Virus record (IMG/VR): IMGVR_UViG_3300034096_001198
Location: 1 to 60,562 of that record
Length of the DNA stretch: 60,562 nt
Source: a virus
Reading direction: 5' to 3' (one strand)
Below, piece by piece: positions 19,488 through 29,071 of the stretch (position 1 is the stretch's first letter; each line of letters opens with the position of its first letter). The notes beneath the pieces were generated by a model. It was not told where the DNA came from, did not search any database, and saw only the letters and a list, made by a program, of their open reading frames with translations. The translations under genes were made by a program, and so were the position numbers.

Positions 19488-19759
19488 ACATCTCCAAGTG
19501 ATAAAACATAAACTTCTGTCCCTTGTTCAATTGTTCCTTCGCTCCATTCAGGCTTGGGGATTCCCTTAGAGATTCCCAACAATTCAACAGTTATCGAGGG
19601 GACGCTGTTGCCGTATCCGTTGGTAAATCGGATATGGGTTAGTGGCTTATGAAATCGGGTTGTATAGTATGGCTTAATTTCTCGATATTCTTCCTTTTTT
19701 TCGCCGGAAGCTATCATGTCAAACCACTTTTTCTTAATGGCTAAGGTTAATATTGTCAT
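19481..19759 (-). CDS. ASCH/PUA-like domain protein
   Basis: LAIKKKWFDMIASGEKKEEYREIKPYY...THIRFTNGYG. Confidence 0.75.
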   Translation of the reverse strand: MTILTLAIKKKWFDMIASGEKKEEYREIKPYYTTRFHKPLTHIRFTNGYGNSVPSITVELLGISKGIPKPEWSEGTIEQGTEVYVLSLGDVC

Positions 19760-20004
19760 AACCCTTTTCCTGCTCTCATTAACTCGTTAATCCATTTAGT
19801 TCGTAGGCGTTTTGCCTCTTTCTCGTTGTCGCAGGGCGGTTGGTATTGACTAGAAAGAACAGTGTTTTCTCTTAATAGAAACCACTCGGTTCCCGTTAAC
19901 CACCAATCCCCCTCTCTTGTTCCCCAAAGTTCGACACCTTCTGGCATCGCGCAATAATCCTTGTCGTAATTTGAAGCTATTATTCGGACTTCTGATGCGT
20001 TCAT
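19756..20004 (-). CDS. Hypothetical protein
   Basis: 82-aa ORF overlapping the ASCH gene. Confidence 0.45.
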   Translation of the reverse strand: MNASEVRIIASNYDKDYCAMPEGVELWGTREGDWWLTGTEWFLLRENTVLSSQYQPPCDNEKEAKRLRTKWINELMRAGKGL

Positions 20005-20056
20005 ATGTCATAGCTGTAGAGTTTTGAATTGGGGGAATTTCACCCCCAGGAGTTGT

Positions 20057-20905
20057 TTAGAAATCAATACCCGCAGCCGCCAATGCCTCTAAGTCACTAA
20101 CAGGGGGTAATGCTGCCATAATTTGATCGGGTTGGATCAATGGGCGTTTAGGCTGTAACCCTTGCCAGGTAAATTCTTTAGCCCGTGCATTGTACCCAAC
20201 AAAATAGTTTTTCCAGGTTTCTAATGTTGGGTTTTCAAATCCTGCAACTTTACAAGCGGGGGATTTTGTTTCATCGCCTGCCATCTCGCGTTTAACCTCA
20301 AAAGCAAAAACGCATAAACTCTTGAATGTCATCGCTTTTTCACTAGCAGGAATTTGGTTTTCAATAGCATGACAAGATGTAATTGCCGTTATGAATTTTC
20401 CCCATTCAACAGAAAAGGTCGCTTGAGCAGCACCAGTAAGTTTTAGGCTCAAGGGAATTTGGTGCAGAGGAATGTTTTTTGCATCCAAAAGAAATACATC
20501 AAACGCTTGAAAATTAGTGAAGTCTTTATTAGCTTTATGGATATTTTTTTTATAATATCCATCAAAAACATTCGTTTGCTGTTCTTTTGTCGCAGTTTTA
20601 TTGAGTGCCAAAACCGGAGTCCGAGGACACACTAACATCCGCATCTTTTTAAACGACAAACCTTGTTCAGTCTCACCGCTTGCAAAAACATATTCAATTA
20701 AATCTTTTTTGTCAAAATTATTCCATCCGGCTTTTGCGGCTTGGTTAATTTCGATAAAATACCCGCACTGTTTGGGGTCTTCTCCGCGTAAGGCTTGAAT
20801 CCGGGGAAGCCGTGCATTAGGGTCTAAATATTCCTCGGATGCAAATTCATCGCGTTGAACTTGCATTAATTGATCTTGGTCAACATGGTCAATAGTTGAA
20901 GTCAT
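20057..20905 (-). CDS. Cyanobacterial mobile-element protein of unknown function
   Basis: 282-aa ORF, single long reading frame. Confidence 0.65.
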   Translation of the reverse strand: MTSTIDHVDQDQLMQVQRDEFASEEYLDPNARLPRIQALRGEDPKQCGYFIEINQAAKAGWNNFDKKDLIEYVFASGETEQGLSFKKMRMLVCPRTPVLALNKTATKEQQTNVFDGYYKKNIHKANKDFTNFQAFDVFLLDAKNIPLHQIPLSLKLTGAAQATFSVEWGKFITAITSCHAIENQIPASEKAMTFKSLCVFAFEVKREMAGDETKSPACKVAGFENPTLETWKNYFVGYNARAKEFTWQGLQPKRPLIQPDQIMAALPPVSDLEALAAAGIDF

Positions 20906-21422
20906 TGTTTTAACTTGATTTCTGTGGGTTTATTCGGGCTTAATCGCACCGCCCCAACGCCTCACAATCGCACTATGAAGCGTAAGGGAAAAACGATTAC
21001 TGATTACGCTCTTTGTACATATCAAAAGGATAAAAGTCGTCATCCGGCATTTCGGGAAAGAAGCCGTCGCTACCATCGGCAAATAGAATAATTCCCCCTG
21101 AGTTGTTGGGGTTCTTGATAAAAATGTCCCCTTCTGGATTTGAGAAATAATCCAGACTTAAACTAGATCCACGATCAGATCCAATCTCATAGGCTCTATC
21201 TAAATTTTTTCTGTCCATGTTAGTTTTCTCCAAGAATCGAATTAATTAATTCGTTAAACTCATTCATCGTTCCACGGGGAACCTGTGAGATGACTAAAGG
21301 AATTAGCTTGTCGTCAATCTCCACACATCGGGCATTTGTTTCCTGTTTATGAAAAGGAATCGAATCCCTTTCTTGAATTAATCTGGCAAATTCTTCAGCT
21401 AACTGCTTAACATCCACATCCA

Positions 21423-21944
21423 TTACGCCACCTCCTCGTCAACCCAAGACTGTTCAACCAAAGCATCAACAGCCAACTGAAAACTCCCATGTCGGGATTG
21501 GGAATATTGAAACCCTTTCCCGTGTACCAACATCTCAGAAACCGCATAATAATCAGATTTGTAGTTCACTACATAGCCCAGTTTGCAGCCGGTTTCATAG
21601 ATGGCTGTACCTTTTGATTTTGCTAAGGAAACAATCATTTCTTGAGTTGGTTGATTCGCGTCGATTAATTCCCGTTTTTGGGAACAGATTAGCTCCCAAT
21701 AGAATGAGAACTGATCCGCACCAATCAGAATCGCGCCACCATCTGCTAACACAAATTTCAAGATGTCGTGATTGGTAAAGATACCTGTTATCTGTTCGGG
21801 CGTGGGATTGATTTGTCCGAATGTATCCCAAGCAATGACTTGGGCAGCGATGGTCTTGTCTAGTGCTAACGCCATGATTTCCCCTGAAATCAGAGGGGCG
21901 GGCGCTGTCTGAACTTGACTTGTTTGGACGGTTGTTGCTATCAT
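21423..21944 (-). CDS. Hypothetical protein
   Basis: 173-aa ORF. Confidence 0.55.
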   Translation of the reverse strand: MIATTVQTSQVQTAPAPLISGEIMALALDKTIAAQVIAWDTFGQINPTPEQITGIFTNHDILKFVLADGGAILIGADQFSFYWELICSQKRELIDANQPTQEMIVSLAKSKGTAIYETGCKLGYVVNYKSDYYAVSEMLVHGKGFQYSQSRHGSFQLAVDALVEQSWVDEEVA

Positions 21945-22163
21945 GGTTTAGTTGGGTTTTGACCCGTAAGGCGGTTGGCACTGATGTTGTAGTCGGGTGC
22001 TGACCGCTTTTGGCTTTGTACCTACAATCTTATAGTAATCTAATTACTATGTCAAGGGGTTTCGGAAAAATTCTTGTTACTACACAAAAAGAAGTTTAGG
22101 TATTGGCGGCAAGGCTTGTACAGAAAGGCATTTAGCTTATGCGGTTACAATCGACAATCACTC

Positions 22164-22649
22164 TCATCGCTTCTGACTAAAGGACTTGATTGTCACGGTA
22201 GGGAACAGGTCTCGGATATCAGCACCGAGGGTCTTTAAAACAAAATCCAATCTTTCACGACTAACAGATGCAACTTTTCCCTGTTCCCATTTGAGGATTG
22301 TGTCAAAGGAAACCGTTGGCTCCGTAAGGGTTGCAAGTTTTTTTTGCGATATGTTTTTGGCATTTCTTACATCTTGCAATCTAGTCCCAACGTCCTTATC
22401 CCAAGCAATTTGGACAATACAGTTATATGGAATCATAATCTCCTCTTCTTGATCTTTCGGTATAGTATTGACATTACTACCTTTTTGTTCTAACATAGCA
22501 ATATTGTAGGAATCTGGCAAGACCAAATCACCAGATTCCTGCACCCCCTGAAACAACAAGCCTTGGATCGGCTTTGTAAATCGTAAGGGAAAAACACGGA
22601 AAGGAAAAATGCCTATGGGATGAAATTGAACGGGCAGATTGTAGAACAC
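22164..22649 (-). CDS. XRE-family transcriptional regulator (candidate phage repressor)
   Basis: C-terminal HTH GTRLQDVRNAKNISQKKLATLTEPTVSFDTILKWEQGKV; true start probably internal. Confidence 0.65.
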   Translation of the reverse strand: MFYNLPVQFHPIGIFPFRVFPLRFTKPIQGLLFQGVQESGDLVLPDSYNIAMLEQKGSNVNTIPKDQEEEIMIPYNCIVQIAWDKDVGTRLQDVRNAKNISQKKLATLTEPTVSFDTILKWEQGKVASVSRERLDFVLKTLGADIRDLFPTVTIKSFSQKR

Positions 22650-22878
22650 CTAAATACCAGAGGGAAGATTCAAGCATTCCCTTTGGTTTCCTAAATAATG
22701 AAATGAAAAAAATAGCGATAGCGATTGCGATTGCGATTTTTGCAGTCATAAATTGTTTATTAATTTTCTGTGATGATTCGCAGAAAATCGGGGAAAATTC
22801 CCCGTCGGAAGAGCAACCCAAACGGGGAGATGGTCGAAGAAGCTGATCATCATTTTCCCTAAAAATTTTGAGGAAAAT

Positions 22879-23157
22879 ATGAAGATTTCAATTTCAGAAG
22901 AATTGGATGACATTGGAATGTCGCCCGAAGCATTCAGAGTTTATTTCAATATTATTTGCCACGTCATTCAACAGGATGCGTTTCCAACCGTCGATCAGAT
23001 AACGGCGAAATGTTTTTCCAGACGACGCGCGTCTGGAAAAACGCAGGCAAGGCTTGCGTTGCGCGAGCTAATTAAGCTCGGTTTAATTAGCGGTGATATC
23101 GAAACGGAAAACTATACCTTAGTTCATCCCAGTAAGTGGGAAGTGGGGGCTGTATGA
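22879..23157 (+). CDS. Winged-helix DNA-binding protein
   Basis: FPTVDQITAKCFSRRRASGKTQARLALRELIKLGLISGD; first gene of the rightward replication operon. Confidence 0.6.
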   Translation: MKISISEELDDIGMSPEAFRVYFNIICHVIQQDAFPTVDQITAKCFSRRRASGKTQARLALRELIKLGLISGDIETENYTLVHPSKWEVGAV

Positions 23158-24329
23158 AACCATCTATTCTAGCCGCCTTTGCAGAAGCCGTCCCCTATAT
23201 CCCCGGACTCAGACAGCAAACAGGGAGCGTAGTAGCCACGATTCTTATGATGCAACTTGAGTATCGTTTCGCAAAGTATCCAGACGGGTTTTATAAGTTT
23301 TTAGAACCCCCTCAAAACGGACATCAGGACTACAAGATTGGGGATAGTTGGGTTGAGGAACTCGCTTTTTCTAAAGAAGAATTTAGGACTGGGTTTGACA
23401 AGATTGGAGTCCGTTACAACTCCAAAACCCAGTATGACGAAGCAAAATCTAGCGGATCGGAATTTGGTTGTAATTACTACTGTTCTTACGTTGACCGGAG
23501 GTCGGGGTTAACTTTCTACTTTCGGAATCACAGCAAGGTAGATGAGCTAATTTCCGATATCGAACCCAGGCAAAAATCAGTAGGTTTTCGCCCACGGAAA
23601 ACTAGACCCCAAATGGTAGATCCCAATCTACAGGAAATCGGGAATCCCAATTTACTGAATATGGTAAATCCCAATTTACCATCATCGGGAATCCCAATTT
23701 ACCAGAGTGGTGAATCCCAATTTCCTATTCCTTATATAGATATTTCAGAAAAGACTTCAGAAAAGACTCCAGAAAATACCCCCCTTACCCCCCAAGGGGA
23801 ATCGGAGGAGGGGGGGATTCAGAACGAAGCCGTTTTGATTTCAAACGAAGACCAGGGGAAAGAGCTTACCGAGGACTCTGCTACACAGCAAAGTCAAAAA
23901 GAGAATCACCGACCTGAACAAAATCTTAATCCGGTGATCAGACATTCCGCCGCCGTCGAGTCCGATCCTCGATTTCTACCAACGGACGCAACAGCAGACA
24001 ATATGAAAACTTGGAACGCAATTGTGGCGACCGGAGCCATGAGAGGTGAGCGATCGCCCGACCCTGAGTTTTTGGAATATTACAGGGGGCTATTAAGCAA
24101 ATGCACTCATTACAGGGGCAAAGACTGTAATTCAAACCATGCCAAATCTTCCCTTGCTCAGAAATGGAAATCCGAGCCACTAAAAATCCTTGCCGATGCC
24201 GAGTCGTGGTTGAAATCAAAAGCCAAGTTTAGCGGTGGCAAATCAACCCAGACCCGCAATATCAGCGAACTTTCTAGGGATGAACGCCTCGCCATCCTGA
24301 GAGCCAAACGCGAACAAAAAGGAGCCTAA
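23154..24329 (+). CDS. Putative phage replication initiator protein
   Basis: Start moved to ATG 23154 overlapping the upstream stop; upstream of a DnaB-like helicase; contains internal iteron-like repeats. Confidence 0.6.
   Translation: MKPSILAAFAEAVPYIPGLRQQTGSVVATILMMQLEYRFAKYPDGFYKFLEPPQNGHQDYKIGDSWVEELAFSKEEFRTGFDKIGVRYNSKTQYDEAKSSGSEFGCNYYCSYVDRRSGLTFYFRNHSKVDELISDIEPRQKSVGFRPRKTRPQMVDPNLQEIGNPNLLNMVNPNLPSSGIPIYQSGESQFPIPYIDISEKTSEKTPENTPLTPQGESEEGGIQNEAVLISNEDQGKELTEDSATQQSQKENHRPEQNLNPVIRHSAAVESDPRFLPTDATADNMKTWNAIVATGAMRGERSPDPEFLEYYRGLLSKCTHYRGKDCNSNHAKSSLAQKWKSEPLKILADAESWLKSKAKFSGGKSTQTRNISELSRDERLAILRAKREQKGA
23619..23728 (+). promoter_or_regulatory. Candidate replication origin: five iteron-like copies of (GA)ATCCCAATTTACC
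   Basis: TCCCAAT at 23621, 23645, 23669, 23692, 23715 (24, 24, 23, 23 bp spacing). Confidence 0.6.
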
Positions 24330-24331
24330 CC

Positions 24332-24919
24332 ATGACCGAGCTTAACGATGAAATCTTTGATCAGGGAATTGAAAACCTGAAAGAAAATTTTTCCGACGCG
24401 ATTTTCACCGAACTCAAATATGAAATTTGGTTCGACAAACTCTCTCAGGAGTTATCAGCTGAAGAATTTGAGACTGCAATCCGTGAGGCAATTTTCAACC
24501 TTAGCAAGTGTCCCACGGGAAAAGAGCTTGTAAGCCTCGTTAAAGAATCCGAACGTGAGTTAGTAAGTAACTGTTGGTCAAGATGCCTAGAATCGCTTGC
24601 TAAACGCCTCCCGTTGAATAATTTAGACGATGCGAGTCAATATGCAATCGTTCAACTCGGAGGGATGTCTCACCTTGGGTCGATTGAAAGTACCCAACTC
24701 AACTACCTGAGCAACGATTTCAAGACTCATTGGCAAGCCTACCGAAAAGCCCCGCGAGAATTTGAGCGTCCCACGCAGGTCATCCCCCGTGAGCAAATCG
24801 AGTTCAAGCCCAATGGACTCAAGCCACAGATTTCAGAGGAACAGAAGTTAAAAAATCAGGAATTTCTAAATAACCTGATCGCCACAAAAATGAATAAAAA
24901 CTTAAATGGAGCGAAATAA
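24332..24919 (+). CDS. Replication-module hypothetical protein
   Basis: 195-aa ORF between the initiator-like gene and the DnaB-like helicase. Confidence 0.6.
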   Translation: MTELNDEIFDQGIENLKENFSDAIFTELKYEIWFDKLSQELSAEEFETAIREAIFNLSKCPTGKELVSLVKESERELVSNCWSRCLESLAKRLPLNNLDDASQYAIVQLGGMSHLGSIESTQLNYLSNDFKTHWQAYRKAPREFERPTQVIPREQIEFKPNGLKPQISEEQKLKNQEFLNNLIATKMNKNLNGAK

Positions 24920-26232
24920 TGGAAACAATAATCATGCAAAACGTTGAGGCAGAACAAGCCGTTTTGGGAGCGATTCTCTTAGACCCCGAAGCTATGGGGC
25001 GAGTTGCAGACTCGCTAACTGCTAAATCTTTTTCCCTGCGATCGCATCAAACAATCTACAAAGCAGCTTTAGCATTACATTCCGAGGGAATAACCACGGA
25101 TTTAATGACCGTCACTACCTGGTTATCCGATCAGAAATTACTTGAGAAAGCCGGGGGACAATTAGGATTAACCCAATTATTAGACCGCACAGTTTCAGCA
25201 GTTAACATTGATCAATACGGGCTGTTAATTGCCGATAAGCAAACTCGAAGAAACCTAATTGAATCTGCCCATAAAATTATTGAATTGGCAGAAGATACCA
25301 GTCAACCTTTAGAGACAATTCTCCAAAAGTCAGAGGAACAAATTGCTAATATTTCCCAATCAAAATCACAACAGGATTTAGTTTCGATTGGTGAAACTTT
25401 AATTGATACCTTTCAAGAAATTGAAGACCGGAGCGAAAGCAAGATTCCCCCCGGTGTCCCCTCTGGATTTTATGACCTCGATGCTATGACTGGAGGATTC
25501 CAACACACCGACTTAATTATTGTGGCAGGAAGACCTGCAATGGGCAAATCGAGTTTGGCTTTAAATTTTGGATATAACATTGCCAAAAAAGGGTTACCTG
25601 TTGCAGTCTTCAGTTTAGAAATGTCCAAAGGTCAATTAGTCCAAAGACTATTATCGAGCGAAACCAAAATTGAAAGTACCCGCATTCGTTCAGGAAACAT
25701 TCAGCAAGAGGAATGGGAACCTTTGACAACCGCAATTAGTTCCTTAGCAGAATTACCGATTTTTATTGACGACACCTCGAATATTACCATCACCGAAATG
25801 CGTTCTGAAGCTCGAAGATTGCAAGCCGATAACGATGGAAAGTTAGGCTTAATTCTAATAGATTATCTGCAATTAATGGACGGAGGAAGTGATAATCGGG
25901 TGCAAGAATTGTCAAGAATTACACGGGGATTAAAGGGAATGGCAAAAGATTTAAACGTTCCTGTAGTTGTCCTGTCTCAGTTGAGTCGTAGCGTCGAACA
26001 GCGCACCAATAAACGCCCAATGCTTTCAGACTTGAGAGAATCGGGCTCAATTGAACAAGACGCGGACTTAGTAATGATGATCTATCGAGATGATTATTAT
26101 AATCCCAACACTTCGGACGAGGGAATTGCAGAGTTAATTTTAGCCAAACATCGCAACGGCCCCACCGGAACGGTCAAGTTATTATTTGATTCTCAATTTA
26201 CCCAATTTAAAAATTTAGCGAGGTCTAACTAG
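24919..26232 (+). CDS. dnaB: Replicative DNA helicase, DnaB family
   Basis: QNVEAEQAVLGAILLDPEAM N-domain; GRPAMGKSSLALNFG Walker A; SLEMSKGQLVQRLL; QLSRSVEQR. Confidence 0.95.
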   Translation: METIIMQNVEAEQAVLGAILLDPEAMGRVADSLTAKSFSLRSHQTIYKAALALHSEGITTDLMTVTTWLSDQKLLEKAGGQLGLTQLLDRTVSAVNIDQYGLLIADKQTRRNLIESAHKIIELAEDTSQPLETILQKSEEQIANISQSKSQQDLVSIGETLIDTFQEIEDRSESKIPPGVPSGFYDLDAMTGGFQHTDLIIVAGRPAMGKSSLALNFGYNIAKKGLPVAVFSLEMSKGQLVQRLLSSETKIESTRIRSGNIQQEEWEPLTTAISSLAELPIFIDDTSNITITEMRSEARRLQADNDGKLGLILIDYLQLMDGGSDNRVQELSRITRGLKGMAKDLNVPVVVLSQLSRSVEQRTNKRPMLSDLRESGSIEQDADLVMMIYRDDYYNPNTSDEGIAELILAKHRNGPTGTVKLLFDSQFTQFKNLARSN

Positions 26233-26241
26233 GAGAGTTAA

Positions 26242-26520
26242 ATGGAAAATTCAACAAAACGAGATGAGTTGATTGCATTTCTTGAATTCCATGTACCACT
26301 ACAACTTTATGAATTAAAATTGCGCGAACTCGAGCCAGGGACATCCAGATTTAACAAAGAGTTGCGCGAGTGTGGTCAGGTAGTTTCCGAAAAAGGTGAC
26401 ACCATTCTTTTTCACACCAAAGAAACAGCGAAAAACGTTGTTAAATTATCCAAAGCAATAGCAATGTTACTACTAATAAACAAGGAAGTAACAGTTTTCG
26501 GTACAACCTTTAAACTCTGA
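26242..26520 (+). CDS. Hypothetical protein
   Basis: 92-aa ORF. Confidence 0.5.
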   Translation: MENSTKRDELIAFLEFHVPLQLYELKLRELEPGTSRFNKELRECGQVVSEKGDTILFHTKETAKNVVKLSKAIAMLLLINKEVTVFGTTFKL

Positions 26521-26526
26521 CGACTA

Positions 26527-26946
26527 ATGGATAGACTTGGTTGGGAAGACTTAGGAAGTATTATCAATTGGTTTTACGAACAACAGAGACAAGGTAAAAC
26601 TTCCTTTAAAGTTCAAGAAATGCGCGATAAGTTTAATTTGAATATTCCAAACGCAAATACCCGAATAAAACGGTTTCTTAAGTTTGGAATCATTAAACCA
26701 CTAACTTATGGCAGATACGAAATCGAACCACTGTCAGAAGAAAGAATCCAGGAGATTAAAGACAAAATCATCCCCCCTAATCCCATTTTTAAAACCTATT
26801 ATTTCAGAGGAAGACAACATACCGTCGAATGGATTTACAAAAACCAAAACCCCCCGATGACCCTCCAATATTTTGCTCAAAGACTTCAACGGGGGTGGTC
26901 ATTAAAGAAAGCATTAGAAACACCGACCCGAAAATACAGAGGTTAA
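26527..26946 (+). CDS. Hypothetical protein with winged-helix-like N-terminus
   Basis: 139-aa ORF. Confidence 0.5.
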   Translation: MDRLGWEDLGSIINWFYEQQRQGKTSFKVQEMRDKFNLNIPNANTRIKRFLKFGIIKPLTYGRYEIEPLSEERIQEIKDKIIPPNPIFKTYYFRGRQHTVEWIYKNQNPPMTLQYFAQRLQRGWSLKKALETPTRKYRG

Positions 26947-26954
26947 TTAACGTC

Positions 26955-27533
26955 ATGACCGCAGCAACCAAGAAGATATTTGAAAGACTTTTAAAAGTCG
27001 GTGACTGGGTAGAAATTGACCCTCACAAACACCGCCCAAACTATTTAATTAAGGGAACAGCTTGGCGGGTTGAGGGATTTAATTCAATAAAACAAACCTG
27101 TCAAATAACTAACGAAAAAACAGGGAATTTACATAGATCGGAAACCCTAGATTTTGAGGAAGTTTCCGATTCAAGCCCATTCAAAAAAACAGATATTGTT
27201 CAACTTAAAAGCGACCCTCGATATATTGGGCGGATTGTTAATTGTCGAAGAAATAAAATAACAATTGAATGGGCATGGGGTGGAGTCCGAGAATCCCTAG
27301 ACTCGGACAAAATAAAGTTATTTGTTCGGATGGTCATGGGGGAACAAATATTGTTGGGTGATTATGCTTTTAAAGAAGGCGATCGCGTTCACACCAGTGA
27401 TAAGAATTTTGGCAATGTGATTCTAACTGTTCGGGAGTGTTTACCTTCTGGGATGGTGGTTTTAAGTTCATCAAATGATCCTAACTTATTACTCCCCGGC
27501 TGTGGCTTAACGATTGTTGAGGAGGATTTCTAA
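26955..27533 (+). CDS. Hypothetical protein
   Basis: Internal ATG 26955 follows the upstream stop; last base overlaps the methyltransferase start. Confidence 0.5.
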   Translation: MTAATKKIFERLLKVGDWVEIDPHKHRPNYLIKGTAWRVEGFNSIKQTCQITNEKTGNLHRSETLDFEEVSDSSPFKKTDIVQLKSDPRYIGRIVNCRRNKITIEWAWGGVRESLDSDKIKLFVRMVMGEQILLGDYAFKEGDRVHTSDKNFGNVILTVRECLPSGMVVLSSSNDPNLLLPGCGLTIVEEDF

Positions 27534-28567
27534 TGCCAACATTCGCAACATTATTCATGGGCGGAGGCGGTGCAGATTTGGGGTTAGAGGCCGCAGGGTT
27601 TAAGTCTTTATGGGGAATTGAAAGAGATCCTAAAATTGCAGAAGTAGCACGATTAAATTTCCCAAATACCAAAGTATTTAATTCTTGCGCAGGAGACATA
27701 AACCCCCGCAGTCTTCCCTATGTTGACCTGCTTTGGATGAGTCCCCCGTGCCAACAGTATTCAAACGCTAGACGGGGTAATTTAGGTGATCACAAAGACA
27801 AGGACGCGGGGCTGTACTGTAGCAGTTATATCGCAGCGATTGATCCTCAATGGGTAGTTTTAGAAAACGTCCCAGGATATTCAAAATCACCTGTATTCGA
27901 GAAGATTCTACAATCCTTAATTCGCTACGGATATCGCTACCATTGGTTGATTCTTGACGCGGCGGATTATGGGGTTCCACAGAACCGGAAACGATTAATC
28001 ATGTGGGCGGTCAAAAACTCAGAACCCCTCCCATATTTTCCCGAATCAAAGCCTAGAAAGGGATGGTATCAAGCTATTAGTGATTTAATCCCTGAGATGA
28101 GTGATTGTGAGCTTGCAGACTGGCAGATTAAGCGACTGAATGAATTGGGTTATTTGCCAGAAAAAGCCTTGATTGATATTAGTAAGAATCGACATAAACC
28201 AGCTACGGCCAGAGATGGGAACGATCCGAGTTTTACCCTATTAACCGATCATAGTGGCTACCATTCACCCGTTTTATTAGTCCCCCGTGCAGGCGCTTGT
28301 ATCAAAAATATCCTCCCAACCCCCTCGGACAAACCCTGCCCAACAATTCGAGCTATGGCATCGGGGCGGCATACCCACTGGGCGGACATCATGGAGGGAA
28401 GTCAAGTTAAACGAATTAGTCAGAAAGCGACGGCACGGCTCCAGACTTTCCCCGACTCCTATCAATTCCCAGAATCCAAAACTTTAAGCCAACAAATAAT
28501 AGGAAACGCCGTGCCTCCGTTATTGGCTAAAGAATTAGGTCTGGCAATCTTAAAATCAATTAACTAA
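27533..28567 (+). CDS. DNA cytosine-5 methyltransferase
   Basis: LFMGGGGADLGLEAAG; MSPPCQQYSNA; VLENVPGY; QNRKRLI; Q.IGNAVPPLLAKELG. Confidence 0.95.
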   Translation: MPTFATLFMGGGGADLGLEAAGFKSLWGIERDPKIAEVARLNFPNTKVFNSCAGDINPRSLPYVDLLWMSPPCQQYSNARRGNLGDHKDKDAGLYCSSYIAAIDPQWVVLENVPGYSKSPVFEKILQSLIRYGYRYHWLILDAADYGVPQNRKRLIMWAVKNSEPLPYFPESKPRKGWYQAISDLIPEMSDCELADWQIKRLNELGYLPEKALIDISKNRHKPATARDGNDPSFTLLTDHSGYHSPVLLVPRAGACIKNILPTPSDKPCPTIRAMASGRHTHWADIMEGSQVKRISQKATARLQTFPDSYQFPESKTLSQQIIGNAVPPLLAKELGLAILKSIN

Positions 28568-28569
28568 CC

Positions 28570-29013
28570 ATGAAAACATTAACTAAAGCCAAAACCAAAC
28601 CCGCTAAAAAAGGATTTCAACCCGCCCAAAAAATTCATGCCAACGACCTCCACACATTCTCTTGTGAGTGTCTCTGGTATGATGCTGCCACCGACGAGGA
28701 ACTCCTGACCGAATTGTGGACGATCAAACTCGACAAACGGCGATTCAGAACAGATGTCCGGCAGGCAATTGTTACGGGGTTGATCTATTGTTTCTTGGAA
28801 ACCCCCGAAGCAGCAGAGCGACATATTAACCGAGTATTTTTTTGGAATAATAAATCAAGGGCTTATGAGCCATTGGGGGCGGTGTCAGACTTGCCGATGG
28901 ACGGATCTAGTCCGGTTGATTTTGAAGCCGATCCGGTGGTGGCTTATGAGCGACTCAAGGATTTGTGCGTTGATATCGAGATTAGTAAGGTTGACGATTG
29001 CTTTTGCTCTTGA
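28570..29013 (+). CDS. Hypothetical protein
   Basis: 147-aa ORF immediately upstream of the ncRNA/IscB locus. Confidence 0.5.
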   Translation: MKTLTKAKTKPAKKGFQPAQKIHANDLHTFSCECLWYDAATDEELLTELWTIKLDKRRFRTDVRQAIVTGLIYCFLETPEAAERHINRVFFWNNKSRAYEPLGAVSDLPMDGSSPVDFEADPVVAYERLKDLCVDIEISKVDDCFCS

Positions 29014-29023
29014 CCTTTTAAAA

Positions 29024-29066
29024 ATACACAAATAAACTTGTTTTTTTTACGTTATTTGTGTATAAT
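29024..29066 (+). promoter_or_regulatory. Consensus-like promoter (TTGTTT-17-TATAAT) overlapped by a perfect 12-bp inverted repeat
   Basis: -35 29038-29043, -10 29061-29066; IR ATACACAAATAA 29024-29035 / TTATTTGTGTAT 29052-29063. Confidence 0.75.
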
Positions 29067-29071
29067 GAAAA

